The translations under genes and the position numbers were made by a program. Source: Guillardia theta CCMP2712 (lineage: Eukaryota; Protista; Cryptophyta). From it: a DNA stretch of 51,940 nt. Below the pieces are notes generated by a model. That model made no database searches, had not been told where the DNA came from, and saw only the letters and a program-made list of their open reading frames with translations. The DNA lies in assembly GCF_000315625.1 (NCBI RefSeq), contig NW_005434570.1, positions 171,390 to 223,329 on the forward strand. The letters run 5' to 3'. Below are positions 36,601 to 48,084 of this stretch, in pieces (positions within the stretch are counted from its first letter, which is position 1; the number at the start of each line of letters is the position of its first letter).

Positions 36601-39600
36601 GATGACCTTGCCGGTGTTGCCTTTCTGAAACCAGCCGGTCTCATCTATCCAGCTGAGGGAGAGCACCAGGAAGTCGAGCAGGTTCCAGCCGTCTTTGAAG
36701 TAGGCCTTCTTGGTGAACACCAGCCCGTGCTCCATCGCGCGAACTGAGAACTCCAGAGTGAAGATAATGTTGAGAAACCAGGTGAGGGCACGGGACACGG
36801 AGGCTGAGATGACGTTCGGAAAATCGGTGATGAGGTGGATGTCAGGAGCTGGAGGTGTGAGGGTCAAGAGGACACAACTGAGAAATATAGAGTTGTAGAC
36901 GATCAAGTCGAACCAAGCTTGTCTGGCCAGCCATGTCGCAAACCTTCGGATGCTGTTGTCTTTGTTGAAGAACATGAGGGTTCTTTCTTCTTCCTTCTTC
37001 TTGGTCTCGTCGATGTTGTAGGAGAAGCGAATCAGAGAATTTTGTGCTACTTGAACAAACTTGGATGTCAGGACAACGCGCTTGTGCTTTGATCCGGAGA
37101 TATGATGCAGAACCTCTTGTGAGAACGACTGCGGATGGTCTGAGAGAGCGCTGCTTCGACGTGGTACTTGTGACATCTCTTTCAACATTTGCGATTGACG
37201 TGAGAGCAGCCAAAGGTTGCGATATGCGTCTCTTATCATCTTCCTCGCAAAGTACAACCTCCCAGGCTGCGCAATCTTGGCAACAGTGTCGTGAATCTTG
37301 AAGTTCTCAATGATGGTAGCGACAAACAAGTTTGAGATGATAAGAGAGGCAAAGGTGAACCAGCCTATCAGGTAAATCGCTGCTCCCAATTGCGCAAACG
37401 TGCCATCCATAGCGTCCAACCCGCTGTATACCACTCCGCTCCACGAGTCACCTATCACGAGTTGAAACGTGGTCAACAGAGCGATAGGTAGCGAGCCGAA
37501 GTTGGATCGCGTGATAGGATCCATCTTCTCCTTGAAGATGTAACGGCCAGCAACCGCAAAAGAGAGGATGAGCACGAAGATGAAGGCTGTAAGGTTCCAC
37601 ACCGCACGGATGCTGCTAAGAGCTGAATACAAGAGATATTGCAAGGTGGGAAAATAATCCATGAGGTAGTAGAGGCGCACAGAGGGCAGTCGGATGAAGA
37701 AGGGACTGGAGATGATGGACCCGATCAGACCGCATGCTATCAAGAGCATCTCAAACTTGTTGCCGCCGTTGTCCCAGAAGTCACCGAAGGAACCATGCGA
37801 GAAGTACTTTAGCAAGAGAAGGAGGAGGAATATGGAGTTGACAATCCAGTAGGACAAGGTTGCGAAAGTTTTGAATGCCTCGGGAGAATCTCTCTGGTTG
37901 ATGGCCATGGCGACGGCGTGATAGAGGATGAGGCAGGACTGGAAGGTCTTGAAGCTGTCGCTCTCGCAGATGCTCTTGGCGATGTGCTGCACCGCCTTCT
38001 CCAGGTCGTCCTCGTGGTCGAGATGATCCCAGGTGACAGGTTCCGGGTGAACCTTGGAGCTCTGAGAGCTCCTCTCTGCCTCAGCCGCTTCAAGCTCCTC
38101 CTCCTTGAGGATGTCCTTGCTCCGCTCCTTCAAGTTCGAGAATGTCCCCGTCACCACTGCGACAAAAATTCCGAGCATCAAGAACGTACACAAGCACGAG
38201 ATGAGGAAGTAGCAGAGGAGCAGGATCGGTTGAAGCTCGGGCTCGCTCTCCAGGGATCTCCAGATGACGTCATAGTAGCTGTCAGGGCATGTGGACTGAA
38301 ACAGGTTCATCAGGGCCCCGGCTATGTTGTCATAGTGAGAGAAACCATAGCTGGGGTTCTCCAGTACCTTGCAGTACTGGTTGACAGGCCGACCGCTCTC
38401 AAAGTCGTTGAGCCCGCAGTCATGGTACCGTCCCTGGTGATCAAGGGGGTAGACCGTGTCGTACTGACCAGGAGTGACGTTGTAGTAGATCTTGCACCAG
38501 GTCAAATACGGGTATCCTCCTTCTATCAGCACGGGCGCATTGCTATAGTCCACCTCCTGTATCGCCTGCCCGTGCTCAGAAAAGTTACAAGTCGGACTCC
38601 AGCTCTCAGCAATCCCCGATGCACAGACAGGAAACGTCTGTCTGAACACAACGCAGTAACGTCGGAAAGAGTTTCGAAGCATCGCCATTAAGAATATACA
38701 GAAGGCGAGCATGAAGAAAAGAAGCATGAAGAAGACGCTGGCTAGTTGAACGGAGCCCTCAGTGATAGTGAGAATGATGAGGTTGATCTCATCAAACGTC
38801 TTGAAGCGCGAGAGAACTTTGAGGAGACGTATCAGACGGAAAGGCAACACGATCCCAGCATCCCCTCCTCCCAGAGACATTAGAACGATGGTGCTGAAGA
38901 AGATCACAAACTCAAGGCAATTCAACGCTGACAGTCGCAGCCATGAATGCTTGTTCTGTACCAGCCCCATAGCCACAACACCGACAAAAACTTCCATACC
39001 CAAGACAGCCAGGCAGAAATTATCGAGAGCAGACAAGGAAGTGTTCAACTTCGAGGCAGAGTTGATCTCAGCTTGAATGATGATTGATACGCTGTTGATA
39101 ATTGTGACCAGAGTGAAAAAGCCATTCCATCGGAACGAGTAATAGATCTCAAAGCATTTCATCCTTACAGGGCTTTTCCGTGAGAAACCCCCGAAGAAGT
39201 ACGGGATGGTACGTTCACAAGCATCTTCTAGCCTCGTCGGAGCATTCTGCAACTTGTTTACTTTCTGTCTGTCAGCATTCATTCGAGCTGTACTCTTGTC
39301 GTCCCTTGTACTATGACGTTCGTCATGGAAGTCATCTAGATTCACTCCGCTGTACTTCAATATCTCAGTCTTCACAATCTCTCGAATTCTCTGCAACCGA
39401 ACTTGGTCCACACTCTTTCCCATGTCCGTTCCATTGTTTTCTCTACTTGTTTCCATATCTGTTCCATTGTTTTCTCTACTTGTTTCCATGTCTGTTCCAT
39501 TGTTTTCTCTACTAGTTTCCATGTCTGTTTCATTATTTTTTCGATTAGTTTCCATCTCTGTTTCATTGTGCAAAACAACATGTTGATGCGTGCTTGGCTC

Positions 39601-40062
39601 TTCTGACTGAGAGCTTTGCGCCTCTCTCTGGCTCTCAGTCTGCGATGTCAGAGTGAGAGGCTTGAGGACAGACATTCTCTCACGCAGAGCTTTTAGCTTG
39701 GCGATTCTTCCTTGAAACTCCTCCAGGTGCCTCTCAAGGTCTGCCCGGTGCTTCCTCCTCCAGTCCCCCGTAGCTGTGCGATCACTGGCAGCTTCCGAGT
39801 TGAGCTGTCGGCCTGAATCGCCTTCAACGCTGCCATTTGTGACATGTTGAGGAAGATCATGAGGGTGATCTTGATTTTCGCTTACAATGGTGATGTTTGC
39901 TTCAGAACGCAGAGAAACATCGTCGCTGCCTATCGATGAAAGTATGGATGCATGAGGCGACAAATTTGTTGTCGCGTCGTCACTAGGACTATCGTTATGG
40001 TCGTATTTGTCAAGATGCTCATTATCATCATGGTCTTTCATCGCTCGCTCTCTTCTTCTCAT
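33654..40062 (-). CDS. Four-domain (4x6TM) voltage-gated-type cation channel alpha subunit (Cav/Nav/NALCN superfamily)
   Basis: ORFs 36118-40134, 34102-36114 and 33654-33965 joined by introns 36091-36135 and ~34053-34263; S4 RLARALRPLRLMKR; pore loops; S6 ends NLFVATIIENF, NLFVGFIIDGF, NLFIGMILDNF. Confidence 0.93.
39415..39570 (-). repeat. 33-bp coding tandem repeat (NGTDMETSREN x4-5) in the channel N-terminus
   Basis: Visible in DNA and translation. Confidence 0.9.
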
Positions 40063-40326
40063 CTGACGCTTCTTCTTCTCTTCATCTTGTTTCCTTCTTT
40101 CACTCCTCCCATCCCAGCCAGACAACGACAGCAACTATTCTATTAAAACTCTAACCCTCATCCCCACTCAGTTTGGTGGCGCCGGGATCACTTCCAGGGG
40201 CCTTGGTCGCGGCGGCGGCCGGATATCATCATGATAGTATGCAGTGCCACCGGGCCGCTGAGCCGGGGTTGGGGGCGGACACGCTGGATGACCGCCCACT
40301 GGATGAGTGAAACAGTGCAACTATAT

Positions 40327-41852
40327 TAACAACAAAACTCTCTGACATTCTCAGTGGGCTGGGCCTGCATTTCGACGTGTGGCTTGTGCGTTGGAGCTGG
40401 AGAAGGAGTCTCCGAATGATTGTTTCTCTTCCTGACATTGGAAAAGTTGGCTTGATGCTGTTCAGACCTTGATGAGAGCGGCAACAAGGAATCTCACCTG
40501 GCTTGTGAGACATACAGTACTCGGCTGTTGCTCGATAATGAAGGCTGTACGAGAATCATTCAGAATATTGATCGATACCACCTTGCCATGTTACCCGAAT
40601 GACGCTTGCTTCTTACAGCCAGCATGCTTGCACATAACGCGCGCCAGGTCATCCTGAGATCTGCTGGCATGCAGTTTACAGAATCGTCTGACCCGATCAT
40701 CCCTGTAGCCGAATCTTGCAACCTTATCACATGCTTTGAAAACATCATTCTTACGGGTCAGCGGTGCTTCCAGGTTACCTGTCTGCTGACAGCATCGATT
40801 AGGAGGGACATGAATGAAGTCCTTTTCTTTGTGCTCTTTGCAAGCTGAGGGCTCCAGGTCTCCAGGCTTCTTCCACATCGCTCTTTTGACACAATCCTGG
40901 AACGAACAAGTTTGCTTTGATTTCAAGTCGGACTGCCGGAACAATCAAATCGATCAATCATCTTCAAAGGTGACCTCAAGGGCTTCGCGATGAGCAGAGC
41001 AGTGCAGTCGTAACCCTGTTGCTCCTTTTGCGGCAGCCAGTCAGCTCAGGCGCGAAACTAACTATCTCCCCACCTCCTAGCTTTGAGCTCAACCCATATG
41101 AAGCTGTTCTGTTGCATGCAGGATGAATACATTTTCCTTCTAATAATCGTAAGAGCCTGGCTATACAACACCCCTATTACTGAGCATGCTGTTTTCGTGC
41201 GAAGGTTCGGACAGAGCAGAGTGCAGCTTGCAGAGGAGCGAGCTTGAGACACCTCAAGTCAATTCAAAGCGTCCGATGAGTGTAAGCAAACCCCTTGTCA
41301 GGTGATTCCAGGCAGCCTTCGGGATGTGCACATGTTTGAGAGCGATGTCTAAACTCGACATCACTCATTGCCTACACCACTGTAGCATTCCTTCACCTCA
41401 AATTGACTTCCATGCCATGTTCGTTTTCTTCCATTATCCTGGAAGTCTTTCCACATTCGTGTCAGCAACAACAGGATCCTGTACCCACGTAGTCTATCGC
41501 TGACGACCTCTGAGACGTTCTCTACGGGAAATGAACCCAACTCTTCGATGGTCTTGAGCATCTACCAGGTCAAGCGCATCATTCACTGTCTTGCAGACAC
41601 TGAGAGCAGAGCTTTCACTAGCCCCTTTACCTGCTCCTTCACGTAATCTATCCTCAACAGAAGTTCTTGAAGGCTTTCAGTCCCTTTTGCTTTTTGCCCA
41701 AGCTCGACCTCTATCGCTCCTCCGCAAAGCCGCAGGCACCGACTGCTCAGAGACGCAATCGCATGGAGAGAGGAGGGATCATCGTGCATGCCACCATGCC
41801 TTCCGTTGCCATCAATCAGCAGCAAGAGCAGCAGCAAGTCCGCATGCCGCAT
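40327..41852 (-). CDS. EsV-1-7 Cys-rich repeat protein with hydrophobic leader ending LRLCGG (multi-exon, joins approximate)
   Basis: CSFQDCVKRA..CKEHK; CDKVARFG..FCKLH; CKHAGCKKQASFG|..AEYCMSHKP; first exon MRHADLLLLLLLIDGNG..CLRLCGG. Confidence 0.7.
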
Positions 41853-42299
41853 CAATCGGACATGTAGCAGCAGTTCTGAACTGGATTATTTATTACTCAA
41901 CCGGTCAATCCGTCTGCTCAACTTCCTGGCCGAGTCCCGCCGCCCGACCGGCGGCTCCCGGCGCCGGGCCCCGAGCCTCAGGCTCGGAGCGTGATGATTC
42001 CTCGTCTTTACTCAAATTTAAGGTAAAAACAGTACGAGGAGGTGCGACTTGAGCAGGAAAAGTTAAGTTAAAAAGCTAGTAGAGAACTCAAAAATGGTCA
42101 AGTGCCTGACCGTCTCAGTACTCGGACTCCGGCGCTGGAATGCATGACGCAATGCAGCTGCTGATGCTTGAAAACAAAGCTGCTGGTGAATCTGGAGCGC
42201 AAATCCCCCTACGCTGTGCATCACTTGAGGCTTCCGATGTCTTGAATGCTGGGTTTGATTTGATTGCACTTATGTTGGGTTCCTTTTCCGATCTGCATA

Positions 42300-43054
42300 A
42301 AAGCGAAGATGCGGATTGATCAAGGAAGTCACTTCAGTTAAAATGCTTGAAGTGTATGTGCTTTGAAGCAAAGAGACTTTGACGGAATTGTTTGGAAACA
42401 TTTCCCAGGCCGACAATTGAAGGTATCGGAGATATCTCAAACCAACGATTGATTTCAGAGCATCTACACTGATATTCTTTTACTGGCTGATGTGGTTGGA
42501 ATATTCAAAGTTACATTTCCTTGCTTTTTCTGTCCTAAGTTCCTTTCAGAGTACTCTACAACATTTGCGTGTGAGGATGGCTGTTTTGAAAATGTGAACA
42601 GGGACAAGCGACTCCGAATCGGTTACTTTCAAAATTTTCATCTGACAGCTACTATGCTGCACTCATACTTGGATGATCAGAAACACGGTAAAGGGTGGCT
42701 CAATGTTCGTGGGGCTGTCAATTGGAATCCAAGGAAGCAAGGAGGCTTGACTTTGACATTCATATTCCTGTATTCAATTGCATGCTTGCCTTGTTGCAAA
42801 AGGTCCCGATTGATGACAAGCTTGTTACGTGTGCAGGATCGGATAGTGGGGGCACTATCTACATTGAAGGTCCGCTGTATTCTACACTCGTTTCCAAGCC
42901 TAGCTTGAACGTCGGTCGGTCTGTGATTAAAATGAAATTTTCGAGAATCGTGCGATTAGCTTGGACTTATGAAATAACCAGAGCCGCTGGCAAAGCGAGC
43001 TCGACTCAGCCTGGACTGGACCTGCCCAAAATAAGGGACAGGACTCCAGGCTAG
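42300..43054 (+). CDS. Hypothetical spliced protein, possibly NTF2/SnoaL-like
   Basis: Overlapping ORFs 42492-42908 and 42695-43054 with plausible GT-AG joins; weak motif resemblance only. Confidence 0.3.
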
Positions 43055-43599
43055 GCATAGCCTCGATCGTCAACGAAGTCAGGCAATGGATTCTCAGACA
43101 GACTAGGAGCATTCAACGGCCTGATGTGCTCCCCTCATTCATAGTAAGAGAAGGAGCAGAAGCTTGTGAGAAGCGAGAGAGCAACAGGGAGCACTGCCCC
43201 TAGTCCTCCCCTTAGCCTATATAAGGATCAGCGTCTTCAGCTAGAAGGGTCTGTTCTCTGTCCTTATGTTCGATACCCCACATGACCAGCATCGTCAGCG
43301 TCAGCTAGTCATCACCGCACTTCACTTTTATGCGATACAGCAGAGATGCCTTGTGCATTCGCTGTAGACATGTGTAACTCGCGCTGTAGACAGCATGTAT
43401 AACTCGCATTTGGGATGTGACAGCACTGGCGGGTTCTCGTCATTCAGACGCTCGAAAAATGGCGATCGGTGGCATCATCTTTATCGAAGCAAACTTTACA
43501 GATAGGCCAACGAATACATCCATTGTGAAGGTAAACAAACATTTCTGCTTTGTGTGAATGAGTCAAACAAGATTTTTGACTGATGGAAAAGTGACATAT

Positions 43600-44136
43600 T
43601 CAACCCTGAAGCAACCTGGAGATCAGAGATTCCACTTGGTCCGGCTTCAGCATCTTGCTGATGGCTGCCCGGCTCTTCCCGTACTTCTTGGCAATGCTTG
43701 ACTGCTTCATCGGCTGGCTCCCTGATCCCGTTCCATAGAAGCTTGATATGATGTCCAGCTTCTCCGAGACGCTGAGCCTCGTCTTGCTCGCGCATGACTG
43801 CCGGTGCTTCTCCTTCCTCTCATCGCTCCACGGCTCTGGCGTAGGAGCCCCACGTTTTTTCGGAAGGCAGTCGAAGAGAGGGGCAGGGCTTGAGGAAGAG
43901 CAGTAGCTCGCGGATGAGCATGGAGAGGAAGGGGGGGAGGGGCCGATAGGGAACGAAGGAACGCAAGGAGGAAGAGCCTGGAGCTGGGGTGCGCCAGCCG
44001 GGGGGACGTAGGGCGGTAGGCGATCATCGGAGAATGGGCAGAGGAGGGAGGAGGTCCGGGTGAAGGAAGGGGATACGCAAACGGGGCAGTCGTGATCGAT
44101 GCAGACATGGAAGGGGAAGAGCGATGAGCCAAGCAT
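43600..44136 (-). CDS. Pro/Ser-rich protein with CENP-B N-terminal/psq-type HTH domain
   Basis: KTRLSVSEKLDII..MKQSSIAKKYGKSRAAISKMLK. Confidence 0.7.
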   Translation of the reverse strand: MLGSSLFPFHVCIDHDCPVCVSPSFTRTSSLLCPFSDDRLPPYVPPAGAPQLQALPPCVPSFPIGPSPPSSPCSSASYCSSSSPAPLFDCLPKKRGAPTPEPWSDERKEKHRQSCASKTRLSVSEKLDIISSFYGTGSGSQPMKQSSIAKKYGKSRAAISKMLKPDQVESLISRLLQG

Positions 44137-44225
44137 GGCTGGTTCCTGGTTGGTGGATTTGTGACGACAGGAAGCGATGTTTATATTTGCTCGACCTGCA
44201 CGCTTCTGGTGACTAGTTCTTTTTT

Positions 44226-45790
44226 TTATTTGGAAACAGTCGGACGTTCATTTTTAGACTCTTTTGAAGGTAATTTTGTGTCGTAAACTGTGTAGTACAG
44301 AGTTTGGAGATGGTTCCGTGCACGGCTACAATTAAAATATTTGTCACAGTTTACTTCGTGCAGCGATTTTACTACCAACTTTACTCTATCGTCAACTTCG
44401 TGCATTACCACACGATCTCGGGGTTCTTGCCAGCGGAGTGGAACTGCGATCCTACGACGAACTGTTTCGAGGATGAATAACTGAAGAATGAAAATCTGTA
44501 CAAAGCAAAATAAACGTTTCATATTCAGAGATACATATACTTGTTCGCTTTGTATACGCCTTCACTTTTGACATTTGTTAGGAAAACTTCCTACAAGTAT
44601 CTCTCGATCCAGTGTTGACACACGAAGTGATCCCGTCAAGAAACCAAAGAGCAAGCGTGTGACAGCAATGCACAATCCAACGGTCCTTTCTATCTCTTCT
44701 TCCGTAAAAGGGATCGAGTTTTTTTGAGAGCTCAGTGCATTCTTTGTTGAATTTCCTCAAGAAATCTTTCTTGTTCAAATGACATATCAAAGACCAGAGG
44801 TTTTCAACGCTGTCTGTGCAGAACGTCAGTGCATTGAAGTCATACTCCTTTTACCCCATAGACCTTAAATGTTGCTCAAATGACTCCGTATCTGTGGATG
44901 TGTGTCCACGGCTACAATCTGTCCTTCGAAGGTTACAGTTGACAATCTGTTCACAGCCTTCAATTACTGTCTTGAGGTAACGTCGATGCGTTGTAAACCT
45001 GACATTCTCTGGAGATTCGCCTTCGATTCTATGCTTGGCAACGACTGCATTTCGAGCCTTCTTGTATGTTTGCTCCATATCACTCTTCCTCTGATGCACA
45101 CTCTGATGATCGGACCTCAACATGCCAACCAAATGTTCGTTGATATACTGTTCTGTCTTGCCTGTCAAACAAAACTTTTCATTGCCATCTTGAAGCAGGT
45201 CAATTCGCTGAGCCAAGTCAGGTTCATGACTTGTTGTACCCTCCAGATCTGCTTCACATTCCTCAAACACAGAACAAAATCCTGCATTAATCATTGTTTT
45301 GTCGATCGCACAACAATTCACAACAGTCTGACAATGCTCAGGATTCATTCGACGGAATTCATCCATCATAGATGTGCACACTCTGGACCTATCATTGCCC
45401 AGCAGTTCCATGAGATGCCTATCTCGTTTCTGAAGAGTGGATGTGGATGGCAGAGGTAAGTTGAAAATCATCTTGTCCGTATCAAAAGTTCCGGTATGTG
45501 AGTAAGCGATGCGAGCGAGACTGGTCAACTCAGAATGGCAAAATGGGAGGCAGGTGTGTCATAGTTTGTTTCAAATCAATGACATGAAGAGAAGGCAGAT
45601 GAAAGGAGATTGTGCAGTTTTGCATCACGGATTACAAACAATAAGATTTTGAACAGCACCCAGAAGCCAAGAATGTTGTCGATGGTGAGCAGCGAGCTCA
45701 AATTTGAGACCCTTATGATCGGCCTGTCGGTGCCAACATGAGACAGGAAGCGCGGCGCAATGAAATGAGTAAGAGAGCGGGTGAGCAACT
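44226..45790 (-). mobile_element. Decayed P-element/THAP9-like transposase remnant
   Basis: AT-richer block with broken ORFs; FNLPLPSTSTLQK..NCCAIDKTMINAG resembles LPSxxTL..CxLxxDEMxI; downstream IAVPLRW..VKSLHEVNCD; no TIRs seen. Confidence 0.45.
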
Positions 45791-45840
45791 ATGTAGAGGA
45801 TCAAAGATGAATAAGCAGGCATCTAGCTTCAGCGATGCTG

Positions 45841-47453
45841 TTAGGTCTGCTGTCTTGCATGTGTCAGAGGAATGTGCTTGCATGCCTCGTACACCGCGAA
45901 CGTGATGGCTGTAGCTGGGATCGTCTTGAACACGGCAGGGAGCCCTCCCTTCCACAGGGCCTTGACCCCCTCCTCCCTGGCGATGATTGACATCGTCTAA
46001 CTCTAACCGTCAGCCCCCCCCACACGATCCTCCGCTGGTCACCTGGAAGACTCCCTTGCCACTCGCCATGTTCATCTGCATCCTCTTCTTGCAGAGGTCG
46101 AGGGGTAAGGTAGCAAACTTCGAGAACCCTCCTGCAATAAAGTCACCAAAATGAACAAGGGAGGAGGGGCGCGGGCACCAGCAGCAGCTCCTATGATCGT
46201 ACTCGGAAGCAGCCCCAGCTTCTTGGAGGACATATCCAAATCCCCATCCACGTTGTCCATGTGCAGCAGGCGCATGTAAGCTGCCTTGCCGGCCTCGAAC
46301 GTGCTGCAGGGCTGATGGTGAGGGAGGAGAGGAAGGGGGACGATGACTTGTGTGACCTGAGTTGTATGGCCATGTAGGGAACGATGCTGATAAGAGAAGG
46401 AACAAGACCCTGTCACCAGCAGTTCACACCATCACGCCCGTATGACGACGAGTTGTAACCTGGTAGAACGCAAACAACCCTGAAGCTCGCCAGAGGGCGG
46501 AGATCTCCTGAGCAACAACGCTTGACCGAACAACGTCTGGAAGTTCGCGATCAGACGAGCAGCACATGTATAGCTTGGTTCACCTGTCCGTGATGCAATT
46601 CGTGTTCTCAAGAGATCCAAGGGGTAGGTTCCTTCCTGTGGTTCAGACGGGACCAGCGTCCTCCTCTTACACTTTACCGATCGTAGCGGAGGCCCCGGCA
46701 ATTCCTCCAGCGACGAAGTTCATGGACAACTGACCTTCATGCGTGTTGGTCCACTGCACCTGTCGGGTCTCAACGTCATCCTCACCTGCAGGACCCTATC
46801 GCGTTACCTTGTCGACTGAGCGGATGAGGTCCCTTGCAGCGTTATAGGTTGAGAACTTGATCGCCAAGAAAGACATGACCTGCTGCCGTCTCAGTCGATC
46901 AGATCATGAGGAGGTGTTTGCAACCATGACTTGCGCTGGGACGTTTCCTTTCCACAGTGCAAACACTCCTTCCTCTTTCACTATCGTCTTCATGGTACCG
47001 AAGAGCCCCTTATACCTGACGTGAACCTCTCACCACTAAGGAAGAGGAGGTCTAGGTCGCTCACTTGAACTTGCTTGCTTGCGATATCGGATTGGTCTGA
47101 ATTTGCAGGCGGATCTTGATGAGATCAATCGGAGCTACCGCAATGCGAGCCTGCGCTACAGGCTCACTTTTATCCATCTCGCACTCGACTCAGCATACCA
47201 CAAATCCTGCTATGGCCCCAGCAAGAGCATTCTGAGCCATTGTTGGCTTAGCTGGAGGTGACGCATCATACGCCCTCTTCGCAGCTTCTGGCGGATGAAA
47301 GTTGGAGCTTGCGAGAAGCTGGCAGCGAAACGAGTTTGCATGTGACCGTACTGAGGCGACCAGATGTTCAGCTTCGATGGGCGAGATACAGGAGGCTGAG
47401 ATCAGCAGCTGAAGGACAAGAGCGCGGAGGAGATAAGAACTCCGAGATGCCAT
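45841..47453 (-). CDS. Mitochondrial carrier family protein, thiamine-pyrophosphate-carrier-like (SLC25A19/Tpc1), with signal-peptide-like leader
   Basis: [30 protein letters not shown] signatures; [15 protein letters not shown]; [10 protein letters not shown]; leader [22 protein letters not shown]. Confidence 0.88.
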
Positions 47454-48084
47454 CACGACACAGGCCCTCTCGCTTGATTCACAATGTGTCCTAGCATGCA
47501 GCGAGCGGAGGAGAACTCGTTGGAACCCGCACCTTCACTTCAGAAAATGAGGAGCATGAGAACGAGAGGACGAGAGAGTTTCTTACAGGATGCGTCACGC
47601 TGTGCTTCTCCTCCTCCTCTCCCTCTTCCTCCTCTCCCTTCCTCCTCCCCCTTTGGCGCGTCGCGGCCCCCGCCATTCTCGCAAGCTCCCCCAGCAGGCC
47701 CCCCTCAGTCGTTCCGTTCCCCAAATTGCATGGGATCGTAAGGGTAGGGTAGCAAATTTACACGGAGGAGGGGTCATTTAGATAACAATATTCTTCCGAA
47801 TGGGGGGTGGGTTGCTAAAATGTACGGGTACCTGAAGCAATGCGACTAGTCGACTAGCTCATATGGCAAGATGGGCAAGAGGGAGAGGAGATGGCGAAGA
47901 AGGCATGGCAGGATCAGAGAGGAGGGAACAAGACATGGCAGGATCAGAGAAAGAGACAGTGAATGAGATGTCCGATCAAGAACAAGGAAGCATGTAACGC
48001 AACAGAAGGATTTCAGGAGGTTGAGAAGTTATGATACGATGATCATGGTGGGGGCTCGGCGGAGAAGAAGCAGAAGCGGTGAAG

